Shown here one piece after another: positions 34,251 to 44,206 of a stretch of DNA of 47,111 bases. The stretch comes from an uncultured Bordetella sp. GTDB lineage: Bacteria > Pseudomonadota > Gammaproteobacteria > Burkholderiales > Burkholderiaceae_C. The stretch covers positions 2,001-49,111 of the forward strand of contig CAYPDO010000002.1 in the NCBI GenBank assembly GCA_964409495.1, read 5' to 3'. Position numbers and translations under genes: made by a program. The stretch's first letter is position 1. Each line of letters opens with the position of its first letter. Below the pieces are notes generated by a model, which saw only the letters and a list, made by a program, of their open reading frames with translations, was not told the origin of the DNA and did no database searches.

Positions 34251-35668
34251 GGCTTGCTGCTGCCGCTGGCCGGCGGGCCCGATTCACCGCCACTGCCGGC
34301 GCCCGAAGACGACGCGGCCGGCGCCGGCACCGCCACACGAACCGCCAGCTGGGTGATGAAGGCGGCAAAGTCGTCATCCCCGCAGCCCAGGTTTCGCGCT
34401 TCCTTGCGGTAGGCCGCCACGCGGCGCTGGTGCGCATCCAGCCAGTCCTGCGTGTCGCGGCGCGCCTGGCGCAGCGGAATCTCCTGCTCCCACCAGAACA
34501 CCGTGACCGCCTTGATGGCGTCTTCCGAGAACCCTTTCAGCCGCGCGGGCGTGGGCTCCCAGGTGGCGTTGTCCGCCGCCTTCCGTGACTGGGCCTTGCC
34601 CGCGGCCGTGGCCTGCTGGTCGGCCTCGGTCTTGCGTGCCACCGCGCTGTCCAGCGCCGCAACCATCTGACGCGCCGCAGCCAGCGGATCAGACGGCGCC
34701 GGCGCCCGGTTCTGCAGCTCGGCAAACATCGCGCTCTTGATGCGGCTGTGCTGGTGGCGCAGACGGGTGCCGGCGTCCAGCACGTCCTCCTCGACCTGCA
34801 GCGCCAGGCTGTAGGTGGCACGGCTGGCAACTTCGGTCTGGCCTAGGGCATCGAGGAAGGGCGTGGCCGGATCGGATGTGCCGATCGCGCCCGGCGCCTT
34901 GCCGATGGCTTGCAGACGAAGTGCATGTACCGGGTGCAGCGCTTCGGGCGGCGTCTTGCCAGGCGCCAGCTTGAGCTGTGGCACCACGGTGGCGCGGTGC
35001 CTTTCGTGCGACTTCAGTGCCAGCCGCAGCGCATTGGCGTGGCGCCGAAGCCCGAAGCCTTCGGGTGCATCGGCAACCGGCGGGGTCTTCTCGTAAAGAT
35101 AGGCCTCGGACACCATCAGGCTGCAGGCCAGGCGGTTGGCAGTCTGCAGGTACACGCGATCACGCTCGGGGACGCCCTCGCCGAGGAGATGGTAGGTGGC
35201 GAAGCCCAGGGCCACGGCATCGCGGGGGCTCCAGCCTGGATCGCGCAGCCGCTTGGCCGCAGCGAACGCGACGGCAGGCCAGGTCAGCGCGTTGAAGCTG
35301 CTGTTCAGGCGACTGCGCTCCAGCGCATCACGGGTGAGCGCCCGCCGCGCCAGGTCCAGTTCCCACATGGCCTGGGCCAGCGTGCCCACGTAGTGGTCGA
35401 GTTGGGCCGGACGCGGCTCGCAAGCACCGTCCGCGGCGCCAGGCCGACAGGCCGCGCCGGCATCTGACGCTTCCGCCGTGCCGGCCGCTTTCGGGCCTGG
35501 CAGCGCAAAGCGGCGATCCGTGTCGCTCAGCGACATCGGGTTGAGGATGGTGCATCCCGTCAGCAGCGCCAACGCCAGCGTGATGACGGCCGGCGGCCAG
35601 ATGCCATCGACCGGGCCTGCCCTGCACGAGAAAGGCTCGTCGCCTGCTTGGGTGCACATCGCTCGCAT
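34247..35668 (-). CDS. Hypothetical helical lipoprotein
   Basis: Hydrophobic stretch with lipobox LTGC; ATGA-coupled to the protease gene. Exact start uncertain. Confidence 0.75.
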   Translation of the reverse strand: MRAMCTQAGDEPFSCRAGPVDGIWPPAVITLALALLTGCTILNPMSLSDTDRRFALPGPKAAGTAEASDAGAACRPGAADGACEPRPAQLDHYVGTLAQAMWELDLARRALTRDALERSRLNSSFNALTWPAVAFAAAKRLRDPGWSPRDAVALGFATYHLLGEGVPERDRVYLQTANRLACSLMVSEAYLYEKTPPVADAPEGFGLRRHANALRLALKSHERHRATVVPQLKLAPGKTPPEALHPVHALRLQAIGKAPGAIGTSDPATPFLDALGQTEVASRATYSLALQVEEDVLDAGTRLRHQHSRIKSAMFAELQNRAPAPSDPLAAARQMVAALDSAVARKTEADQQATAAGKAQSRKAADNATWEPTPARLKGFSEDAIKAVTVFWWEQEIPLRQARRDTQDWLDAHQRRVAAYRKEARNLGCGDDDFAAFITQLAVRVAVPAPAASSSGAGSGGESGPPASGSSKP

Positions 35669-35901
35669 CCGCTCGAATGGTTCGGTGCAGCAATGTCGCA
35701 GCGGCCAAAGGGTCCAGCATCCTTTGACTTGAGGAGTCGAAGGGGGGTCGTGATGCGCGCCCGATGCGCCCGGATCTCGATGCCCGCAGGCTGCCCGATC
35801 ACGGCCTGCAGGTGCCAGTCACCCGCCCCGACCCCCTGGCCCAAGCGCTTCAGCCGATAGGTCCACGGCAACCGGCTCAAGCCCGGCGGCCGGGCCAGGC
35901 G

Positions 35902-37551
35902 CTACTCGCCGGCAGGCGACGGCTTGCGCTGGCCTTCCAGCGACTGTCCGCCCTGCTTGAGCACCGCGCTGACCACCCGGCCGTCGGCATCGCGGCGGAA
36001 CTCGATGATGGCGCCCACGGCCTTGACCTCGAGCGTGCCGGCCTCGGTCAGCTCGGCGGCAATCGCCGGCTGGCCGGTGCCCTGCACCTTGAGCACGCCC
36101 GCGTCCTCGAACACGCGCAGCGTGAAGCGCGGCATCAGCACATACTCGCCGGCCAGGTCCTTCCAGCGCGGGTTGCTGGCCGTGGCCGCGGTCTGGGTGC
36201 CCTTGCGCGTGACCTCCAGCACCCCACCGCCCTGGCGCCATACCGCGCGGTCGATGCGGCCTTGGCGCCATTGCGGGGTCAGCAGCGCGCTGAAGGCCTC
36301 GGGGTAGAAGTCACCCGCGCTGTCGTACTTCAGCTCGAAGGCTGGCTGGCCTTCGGCCTGGGCCATCAGCCGCTCGCCGTCGCGCCAGATGCGGGCGTTC
36401 AGGCCCCCCAGCTCATAGTCACCGGGCATGGCCGCCAGCAGCTCGGCACTGGGCGTGGCCGGGCGCCGCGGGCGCAGCGGGGCCGCCTCCACGCCGAGCA
36501 GGGCATGGCCCAGGTCTGACAGCCCGCCCAGATCCGCCAGGCTGGTGTCGGCCAGGATCACCACCGCGCGCTGGGTCTTGGGCTCCAGCGCCACCAGCGA
36601 CGAGAAGCCGCCGGTGCCGCCTTCATGGGCCACCAGCTCATGGCCCTTCAGCGCCAACAGTCCCCAGCTCATGCCCTGCTGCCCCTGCAGGCGCTGTTGG
36701 GTGCGCTCCAGGCTGGCCCGCAGCGCGGGCTCGGCGCGGCCCAGCTGGGCCTGGGCATACAGCACCATGTCGTCGAGCGATGCGCGCACCATGCCCACGC
36801 CGGCCAGGTTGTTGGCGATGTGCCAGTCGCTCGTGGGCTGGCCCGACGGCAGATGGCCCCGGGCGCGTGGCCGCGGCTGGCGCGGGCGCTCGACAAAAGC
36901 GCCGTCCATCTTCAGCGGCACGAACAGGCGGCGCGTCAGCGCGTCCTCGAAGTCGCTGCCATGGCTGCGCGCCACGGCCAGCGACAGCAGCATCATCGCG
37001 AAGTTGGAATACTCGAACTGGCTGCCGATCGGCCGCGACAGCCTGACCTTGGCCAGCGCGGCCAGCAAGGCCTGCTCGCTCAGGTCGGCATAGGGGTCGT
37101 CGGGGTTGCGCGGGTTGAAGCCGGGCGGCAACGCGGGCAGGCCCGAGCTGTGGGTCAGCACATCGCGCAGCAGGATCTGGCGCTCGCCCTGCCGGGGCAG
37201 CGCGGCGCCGGGCGGCAGGTGCCGGGCCAGCGGATCGTCCAGCGACCACTTGCCCTGGGCCACCAGATCGGCCACCAGGAAGGCGGTCATGGTCTTGGTG
37301 ACCGAGCCGATCTCGAACACGCTGTCGTAGCCGGGGCCGCCATCCGGCCGCGCCTGGGCGCAGGTTCTGGCGCGCAGCACCTCGGCCTTGTCGATCAGCG
37401 CGGCCACCACGCAGGCGCCGGTGCGGTCGCCCTTGAAGCGGGCATCAAGCTGGGTTTGCAGCTGTTGCGGGGTGAACGCGGCCACCGGCCAGGCGGCCAG
37501 CGCTGCAAGGGCCAGTGCGCCGACGCGGCGCACGATGTCAAAGGTTTTCAT
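35902..37551 (-). CDS. Exported serine hydrolase (beta-lactamase/AmpC-like) with two DUF3471-like C-terminal repeats
   Basis: Signal peptide; SxxK (FEIGSVTK), LTHSSGL, YSN and HEGGTGGF; duplicated G.Y.L....L..Q..GQPA unit. Confidence 0.92.
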   Translation of the reverse strand: MKTFDIVRRVGALALAALAAWPVAAFTPQQLQTQLDARFKGDRTGACVVAALIDKAEVLRARTCAQARPDGGPGYDSVFEIGSVTKTMTAFLVADLVAQGKWSLDDPLARHLPPGAALPRQGERQILLRDVLTHSSGLPALPPGFNPRNPDDPYADLSEQALLAALAKVRLSRPIGSQFEYSNFAMMLLSLAVARSHGSDFEDALTRRLFVPLKMDGAFVERPRQPRPRARGHLPSGQPTSDWHIANNLAGVGMVRASLDDMVLYAQAQLGRAEPALRASLERTQQRLQGQQGMSWGLLALKGHELVAHEGGTGGFSSLVALEPKTQRAVVILADTSLADLGGLSDLGHALLGVEAAPLRPRRPATPSAELLAAMPGDYELGGLNARIWRDGERLMAQAEGQPAFELKYDSAGDFYPEAFSALLTPQWRQGRIDRAVWRQGGGVLEVTRKGTQTAATASNPRWKDLAGEYVLMPRFTLRVFEDAGVLKVQGTGQPAIAAELTEAGTLEVKAVGAIIEFRRDADGRVVSAVLKQGGQSLEGQRKPSPAGE

Positions 37552-37561
37552 GCAGTCTCCC

Positions 37562-37585
37562 GCGGCCCGCCAACCGGCGGGCCGC
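37562..37585. other. Perfect 10-bp GC hairpin between co-oriented genes
   Basis: GCGGCCCGCC-aacc-GGCGGGCCGC. There is no U-tract in the transcribed (-) direction, and it abuts the GGAG RBS of the downstream gene. Confidence 0.6.
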
Positions 37586-37602
37586 CTGGGGTTTTCGGCC
37601 GG

Positions 37603-38865
37603 TCAGCCGAAGAAGGTCATCACGATCGAGAAGATCGACAGCGCGCTGCTGACCTGGCGGAACAGGTCAGAGATGGTATCGGTCTCCACCGTGCGCATCG
37701 GGGCGCCGCGGTCCAGCGTGTTGTCGATGAAGGCGTTGATGTCGGCGATGCCGGCCTCCTCGATGCCGGTGCCCGAGAAGTCGATGATCGACAGGCAGTG
37801 CGAGTTGTTGAAGTCGCGGTAGAACGGCACGTGGTAGGCCACGTTGGCAAAGCTGTTCATCAGCGGTACCCAGCGCGCGATGTCGCTGTTCCAGCGGCTC
37901 ATCAGCTGGTTCTTGCGCGCGTTGGCGCTGCTGGCGCCCGAGATCTCGGGATAGAACTTCTCGTAGCTGAAGGCCGAGTAGGTCATGTCGGCCGAGAACA
38001 CCATGTAGGCGAAGCGGTCGCTGGGGTAGCGCATCGCAAGCGCGCCGGTCACGCTGCCCATGTTGTTCACATCGAAACCGCTGGTACCCGCATAGACGCT
38101 GAGCAGGCCGCCGGCCTCGTCCAGACCCCAGGCGCTGCGGATGCGGTTGTGCAGCGGCAGCGACGGGTACTGTGCCGCCGTGCCCGAGCGCGGCGCGCTG
38201 AACAGCGGCCCCGAATCGGCCAGCAGCGACGCGCGGCCGGTGGGCCGCAAGGTGTCACGCATCAGCGGGTAGGTGGCCGTGGCGCCGGTGCCGCCGGCCG
38301 AGAAGCCCGACACCAGCAGCTGGTTGGGCCGGCCCAGGTTGTTGCGCAGCCAGGTGGCCGCGGCGCGGATGTTGGCCTGGCCGCGGTGCCACTGCACACG
38401 CGGGTTGGCCGGATCGGCGTCGCTGTAGGTCACCAGCTTGCTGCCGGTGTGCACGTCGCCCGTGCAGTAGGGCAGGTAGACCATGGTCCACAGATCGGTG
38501 CGCACCTCCTCGAACGGGTTCAGCCGCGACGTGAACGGGGTCACCAGGCCGGCCGCGGCGGCGTTGATGCGGGTCAGGTAGTTGGCCGGCACGCCGCTGG
38601 CGTTGGTGGCGCTGAGCTTGCCCTGGCCCTGGCAGGACTTCTGGTCCCAGCAGGCGCCGCCGCCTTCGTACATCACGACCGTGTCCTTGTTGAACGGCGA
38701 ACGGTTGACGAAGAAGCGGTAGGGCGTGCCATTGCCGCACGAGGCGCCGCTGGAGGCCGGCAGCTCGACCACGTCCCATTGCAGATAGCCGGCCTGCGCC
38801 AGCGGGCCCAGCAGCCAGAGCAGCACCGCGGCCAGCGCGGTGCGGAGCTTGAAGACGATTCTCAT
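37603..38865 (-). CDS. Exported pectinacetylesterase/Notum-family hydrolase
   Basis: Signal peptide ending AQA; C.NGTPY, EGGGACW, YCTGDVH, GFSAGG and ADSG. Confidence 0.88.
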   Translation of the reverse strand: MRIVFKLRTALAAVLLWLLGPLAQAGYLQWDVVELPASSGASCGNGTPYRFFVNRSPFNKDTVVMYEGGGACWDQKSCQGQGKLSATNASGVPANYLTRINAAAAGLVTPFTSRLNPFEEVRTDLWTMVYLPYCTGDVHTGSKLVTYSDADPANPRVQWHRGQANIRAAATWLRNNLGRPNQLLVSGFSAGGTGATATYPLMRDTLRPTGRASLLADSGPLFSAPRSGTAAQYPSLPLHNRIRSAWGLDEAGGLLSVYAGTSGFDVNNMGSVTGALAMRYPSDRFAYMVFSADMTYSAFSYEKFYPEISGASSANARKNQLMSRWNSDIARWVPLMNSFANVAYHVPFYRDFNNSHCLSIIDFSGTGIEEAGIADINAFIDNTLDRGAPMRTVETDTISDLFRQVSSALSIFSIVMTFFG

Positions 38866-38943
38866 GTTCAGTTCCTGGTTGGAAGATTGGGAAGGTAGGA
38901 AAGCGGGCCAAATGGGTCCAGGCCAGGCTGACCCGGCCGGCCT

Positions 38944-38990
38944 CACCCCCCTTGGCAGACCCGGCGCGCAGCGACAGGACTTGGGGGGTG
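38944..38990. repeat. Inverted repeat (REP-like hairpin)
   Basis: CACCCCCC (38944-38951) and GGGGGGTG (38983-38990), immediately after the stop at 38994. Confidence 0.4.
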
Positions 38991-38993
38991 CTC

Positions 38994-39797
38994 TCAGCGG
39001 GCCGCGGGCGCCTCGAACAAGCTTTGCCGGAGCGCCTCGATGCGGCCCTGCAGCTGGGCGGGATCACGCTGAGCGGCGGGTTCGGCCTGCCAGGCCGCCA
39101 GCAGCGCGGCCTGGCCACGCTGGAAGGCCAGCTCGCGCGCATCCGGCGCCTCGGCCGGCTGGGCCGCGGCCAGCGCTGCCCGCCACTGCGCCAGCTGCTC
39201 GGCACGCCGGCCGGCGTCGGGCTGCAGCACGTCCAGCGCTGCAGCCTGCAGCGCCTGGGCATCGGCCGCACTGATCTCGCGCGCCGCCAGCCGCGCCGGC
39301 AATCCGGCCTGCACGCGCTGCGCCAGTGCCAGGGCCTCGGGCGTGGCATGGCCGTCGCGGCGCAGTGCACGCAGCCGGGCCACGTCGTGGCGAAAGCCCA
39401 TCAACGCCGTGATCCGCGCCAGCTCGGCCTCGCGCTGCGGATGCCCGGCCAGGCTGGCCTGCAAGGCCTGCCACTGCTCGGCGCTGAGGCCCGGCGGAGG
39501 CGGGGCATCCGGCGCCTGCGGGGGCGGGCCGGCCTGTGCCGTCAACGGCAGGTCTGCCACCGTGGCAGACGGCGGCACAGGCCCGGCGGCCCGCCGCTCG
39601 CCGGCGGTCAGCGTGGCATCGGGCGGCAAGGCGGCATCGGCCAGCGCCCGCGGTGCCGCACCCGGCCACCACAGCCAGCCGGCCAGGCCCGCCGCGCCCA
39701 GCAGGCCCAGCCCGCCCAGCAGCGGCCGGTGCCAGGCCCGCACGGCTTGTCGGCTGGCGCCGGCCGCAAGAGGTTTTGAAATGTTTCGGGAGACCAT
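38994..39797 (-). CDS. Membrane-anchored helical protein (possible lipase-chaperone-like)
   Basis: N-terminal TM, Pro/Ala linker, all-helical body ending IEALRQSLF; lies directly upstream of an exported alpha/beta hydrolase. Confidence 0.6.
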   Translation of the reverse strand: MVSRNISKPLAAGASRQAVRAWHRPLLGGLGLLGAAGLAGWLWWPGAAPRALADAALPPDATLTAGERRAAGPVPPSATVADLPLTAQAGPPPQAPDAPPPPGLSAEQWQALQASLAGHPQREAELARITALMGFRHDVARLRALRRDGHATPEALALAQRVQAGLPARLAAREISAADAQALQAAALDVLQPDAGRRAEQLAQWRAALAAAQPAEAPDARELAFQRGQAALLAAWQAEPAAQRDPAQLQGRIEALRQSLFEAPAAR

Positions 39798-40924
39798 GGG
39801 AGGAAGTTTCTCTCGCAAGGCCGATATTGCCAAGGACAAGGAATCTAGGGATTGCGCAGACCAACCCGACTTCCGATTGATCAGACCTCGAAACAAGCCG
39901 TCATGGCCACGCCGAAAACCATGGTCTGAAGGCATCACGCTGGCCCGAAAAAATGCCGCCGACCGACACAATGAGAGAATTGCACAGCCACCCTGGACAG
40001 GCGCGGCACCCGTGTGGCGGCGGTCTGACGATCCACTTTGATACATTGGGCCGCCGCACCCGGCAAGCGGAGGATGCGCCGTGGAATCGTCCTGAATGAC
40101 GCGACGCCGGCGTCTGATCCCGACCGTCAAGAGGCGGCATCCGGCCACCCATGCCGATGCGCACGCCTGTGCCGCATCGACCCGATCACCTGTGAGGCCT
40201 TGGCCAAAACCTCTTTATTGACAGGCACTTACCAAACACTCGCCGAGCCTGGCGATGGCGCCGTGCAAGCCGTCTGGCCGCTGGTCGCGAGCCGAAAGGC
40301 CTGTGCGGACTGCCTGCAGAGCTGGCGGGCGCTTCGGCTTCGGCTCGCCTGAAGACCTGTCTGAGATTCTGGCTGGATGGTGTATTGCCGCTTGATCAAA
40401 ACTGACCCGATCCAATCGAAAGTTCAATCTTCATATTCATGACATCTAAAATACAAAGCCCCGTTTTGGATGATTCGATTTCGATATTTACGGGGGAATG
40501 AATCCATCAATTCATCGGCCGAGGCGGAATAATATTTCAAGGCTCGGGCGAAGAACTCTCGCCCATCGCATGAATCAGCCTCAACCCGGCCACACTGAAT
40601 ATTTTGAAACGCCACAAAACATTCCAGTCACCTGGCACCTGAGAAACCCGATGCGGGATACTGGCGCGCCTTCGCCCGCCGCGCCACGCTGCCGGCCGCA
40701 GAGGCCCGTCAGCGGCGCCGGCGCCGCGTGGCAGGCGCTGATACCGGCAGCACATCGCGGCCGGATGCCGGGCGGGGCAGCGCCGGGTGTCCAAGCGCGT
40801 GGCACCCATCCGCCCCGCCAGCAGGCCAACAGCTTGCACGCGTGGTTAACCCGTTATCGCCGCGAACATCTTTCCAGATCAGTGCACGCGCAACGGCGAC
40901 AAAACCATCGCGGATGATTCTTCC

Positions 40925-41700
40925 GTGAACACCGACGTTGTGTTGTCGCCGCTGGAGGACGAGGGCCTTGCGCAATCACCGTGGGCTGAACAACTGGCCC
41001 TGCGCGGCCACCAGCACGGCGAATCGAATGCCACGCAGATGACCTGGCTGGGCAGCCACCAGGCCGCGCCGATCACCCATCTGCAGGCCAAGGCCCCGAA
41101 GGAAGAGGCCACCGGCCCAGCGGTTGCCAAACCGGATCCCGCGCGATGCGGCCGGAATCCAGGCAGAGACGCTGACCCTGGTCGCGCTGAACCTGGCGCA
41201 GATCGATGCGCTGGTGGCCCAGCTGCAGGCCATCCCGGTGAACCTGGATGGCGCGGCCACGCAGCGGTCTGCCTACGCTGTTCGCGCAACAGCTTCACCG
41301 CAACCTGTCGGCCCCGGTGTCGCGCGACGGCGCGCACATCCTGAGCGTTGGCCGGCACAGTGCCCGCGCCAGCCCGCTGGCCCATCACCGGATGGCGCTG
41401 TGCCTGGCCCGCGACGCAAACATGCTCATGGCGCTGCCGGCCATGATGTTGGCGCACCGCCAGGTGCAGCGCCTGTTCAGCGCCACCGCGCCCTGGCTCG
41501 GGTTCGGTCCGCTGCACTGCCGGCGCCTGTTCCACGCGATGGCCCTCGACTTCCGGGTCTGGAAGCACTGGTGCGCCCAGCTGCGCGCCCAGCGCGTCAC
41601 CGTGATCAAGCTGTCGCGCGCCTGCGACACACGCGCCGTGCGCACCGGCCGGTCCTGCGCGCCGAGTGTTGCGCCGCACCATCGCCTACCGCACTGCTAG
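40925..41700 (+). pseudogene. Frameshifted remnant of an unidentified gene
   Basis: GC3-rich, protein-like codon runs pass successively through three frames, with shifts near 41120 and 41260. Confidence 0.5.
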
Positions 41701-42419
41701 GGATTGCCGCATGTTTCGCCGGGTTATTCAGACGTTTGTCACAAGTCAGTTCGGGCCCGGACACATACCTTCCGCGCGTCCCGAATGGCCCAGTGCAACC
41801 GCACCCGAAAAGCGCCTGCCTGACACAATGCGAGAAACGCTCCGGTACCACCCCGCAACCCGGTGTCCGAAGCCCAGAAAAGTGTGAATACTGGTAACAG
41901 AATGCGCTGCAAAGACCCCGCAGCAGCACATTGCAAGTGGATTCGCCCCCCCATGAATGCAGGACGGCCACCGGGCGGCGGCCGGAATCGCCTCAGAATG
42001 CGCAATGTCATAATCCTGCAAGCTCGCTGACGTGTACTGATTGCATGGTTTGACGGGGCCAGCCTCTCGGGGCCTTGGCCAAGCCCAAACCAGTGTGATC
42101 GAAAACGTTGCGTTCCTGGGGAGGAGTGTTCGTTACCGTTGCCTTCATGGCGCTCTGCGCAGGCCCACTCGGCACATGCCGGGCCTGCAAGACGTCGATG
42201 AAGCACATTTGAAACAACAACTTGCATGCCACCGCGCGCAAAGATTGACACCCGATGGGCCAAGCAATCTTGCGCGGGCGGGCTTTCGGGTACGCGGCCT
42301 CGGGGGGGGCTGAATTCAATGGTTCTTCCAATTCGCCCGTTTGTGAATGGGTGATGAATTCGTTCGCCCTGGCTGCGGTGCTTGCAGGTATTGTCTTGGC
42401 CGCCGATATTCCTAATTCA

Positions 42420-42465
42420 TTGACACGTCCCGGCCTTCGTCCTATTTCCTCTGATACTCATTTTC
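42420..42465 (+). promoter_or_regulatory. Possible sigma70 promoter with a partial Fur-box-like site
   Basis: TTGACA at 42420-42425. TGATACTCATTTTC at 42452-42465 matches 12 of 14 bases of TGATAATCATTATC. The -10 is weak. Confidence 0.3.
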
Positions 42466-42484
42466 TTCTGAATTGGGCCATATC

Positions 42485-43837
42485 ATGAACCGATACGAAA
42501 CCGTTCGCTCCCTGGAATCAAACGCCCGGACTTATGCCGCAAGTTTTGAGCGTGTATTTGAATCCGGATCCGGCGTGCGTTTGCGCGATCAATCCGGTCG
42601 CGAATTCATTGATTGCCTGGCCTGTGCCGGTGCCTTGCCCCTCGGACATAACCACCTCGAATTGCGCGAGGCTTTGCTGAAGTTTGTGTCCTCAGACCAT
42701 GTGGGCCAGGTTCTTGACCTGACAACGCCGGCTAAATACGAATTCATCACCAAGTTGTTCGGCCTGCTGCCGGACGAGTTCTCCGGGCGCGCCAAGATCC
42801 AGTTCTGCAGCCCCAGCGGCTCCGATGCGGTCGAGGCGGCGATGAAGCTCGCGCGCTTTGCCACCGGGCGGCAGAACATCATCGCCTTCCATGGCGCCTA
42901 TCACGGCATGACCAGCGGCGCCCTCAGCGCCATGGGCAACCTGGGCCCCAAGTCCGCTGGCGTCCTGGCCGGGCAGGGCATCCACTTTGCCCCGTATCCC
43001 TACCGTTATCGCTGCCCCTTCGGCACCGATGGCAGCCAGACCGACGGCCTGTCGATGGCCTACCTGCGAAACCTGCTGGCAGACCCCGAGAGCGGCATCA
43101 CCAAGCCGGCGGCAGTGATCGTCGAGGTGGTGCAAGGCGAGGGTGGGTGCATTCCCGCCTCGGACGAATGGCTGCGTGAACTGCGCGAGGTCACGCGCGA
43201 GCACGATATCGTGCTGATCGTCGACGAGGTACAGAGCGGTTTTGCCCGCACCGGACAAATGTTCGCGTTCCAGCACGCGGGTATCACGCCCGATGTGCTG
43301 GTGCTTTCAAAGGCGTTGGGCGGCGGTTATCCGCTGGCCGTGGTGGTCTACGACCGCAAACTCGATGTCTGGCCGCGCGGCATGCATGCGGGCACCTTCC
43401 GCGGCAACCAGATTGGCATGGTGGCCGGCAGCACCACCATGCGTATTCTTGAGCGCGACGGCATGGCCGCTCATGCCGAGCGCATGGGCGAGCACCTGAT
43501 GAGTGGCCTGCGTGACTTGGCGCGGCGCCACCCGGTGATCGGCGATGTGCGCGGCCGCGGCCTGATGGTGGGCGCCGAGATTGTGCAGCCCTCGCGTGCG
43601 GGCCGCCCGGGCCCGCAGGACGGCGCGCTGGCCCGGCGCATCAAGATGCAGGCATTCGACAACGGCCTGCTGATCGAAACCGGCGGCCGCCACGGCGCGG
43701 TGCTGCGTTTCCTGCCGCCGCTGGTGATCAGCGAGCGCGACATCGGCCAGGTGCTGGACCGTCTGGACACGGCCATCGCCACCTGCCTGATGCCATCGCC
43801 CGCGCCCAGTTCATCCAAGCACGCTGTCCTAGCCTGA
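42485..43837 (+). CDS. Diaminobutyrate--2-oxoglutarate transaminase (Dat/PvdH/EctB family, class III PLP)
   Basis: ESNARTY, DCLACAGALPLGHNH, YHGMT.GAL, EVVQGEGG, DEVQSG..RTG, SKALGG, HAGTFRGNQ and RFLPPL. Confidence 0.93.
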   Translation: MNRYETVRSLESNARTYAASFERVFESGSGVRLRDQSGREFIDCLACAGALPLGHNHLELREALLKFVSSDHVGQVLDLTTPAKYEFITKLFGLLPDEFSGRAKIQFCSPSGSDAVEAAMKLARFATGRQNIIAFHGAYHGMTSGALSAMGNLGPKSAGVLAGQGIHFAPYPYRYRCPFGTDGSQTDGLSMAYLRNLLADPESGITKPAAVIVEVVQGEGGCIPASDEWLRELREVTREHDIVLIVDEVQSGFARTGQMFAFQHAGITPDVLVLSKALGGGYPLAVVVYDRKLDVWPRGMHAGTFRGNQIGMVAGSTTMRILERDGMAAHAERMGEHLMSGLRDLARRHPVIGDVRGRGLMVGAEIVQPSRAGRPGPQDGALARRIKMQAFDNGLLIETGGRHGAVLRFLPPLVISERDIGQVLDRLDTAIATCLMPSPAPSSSKHAVLA

Positions 43838-44206
43838 TATGCACGCGGATGGCGTGCTGATGCAGGCCTGATCTCGGACAGGGGGCGCCGGCGGCCGAAC
43901 GCCGGCGCTGCGGGCGGCCAGGGCCATGCGCTGCTTGCGGTGCGGGCAGCGCCGGCCGTGCCGGCCTGCGCCGCTGCGCCCGACCGGCCTGCCGGTCCAG
44001 CCGTTGACGGCATCTGCCCGTGCAGATGTCGCCGCGGCCGGGCCGGCCTTGGCTGCCTGAGGCCTTGCCGGCTGCCACCAGGCCACGCACAGCGGCGCGT
44101 CACGTCAGTCTTCCCGTCCCGATGCCCAGGTCATGCCCAGGCGTCGCCCATTGCCCAGACATCTCCCCTCCCGCACGCGGGCCGGAATCACCGACAGAGA
44201 CCCCCT

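Noticed and set aside
35902-37551. Antibiotic-resistance beta-lactamase
   Set aside because: HxG rather than KTG and the extra C-terminal domains indicate a general serine hydrolase/peptidase; resistance cannot be inferred.
37562-37585. Rho-independent terminator
   Set aside because: Strong stem but no U-tract in the direction of transcription; kept only as a hairpin.
36625-38898. 757-aa plus-strand ORF
   Set aside because: Antisense to the serine hydrolase and PAE-family genes.
40215-40615. Two short minus-strand ORFs in the AT-rich patch
   Set aside because: No RBS, motif or codon bias; cannot be supported.
42485-43837. Ectoine biosynthesis (ectB)
   Set aside because: No ectA or ectC is adjacent; linkage to MFS and NRPS genes favours precursor supply.
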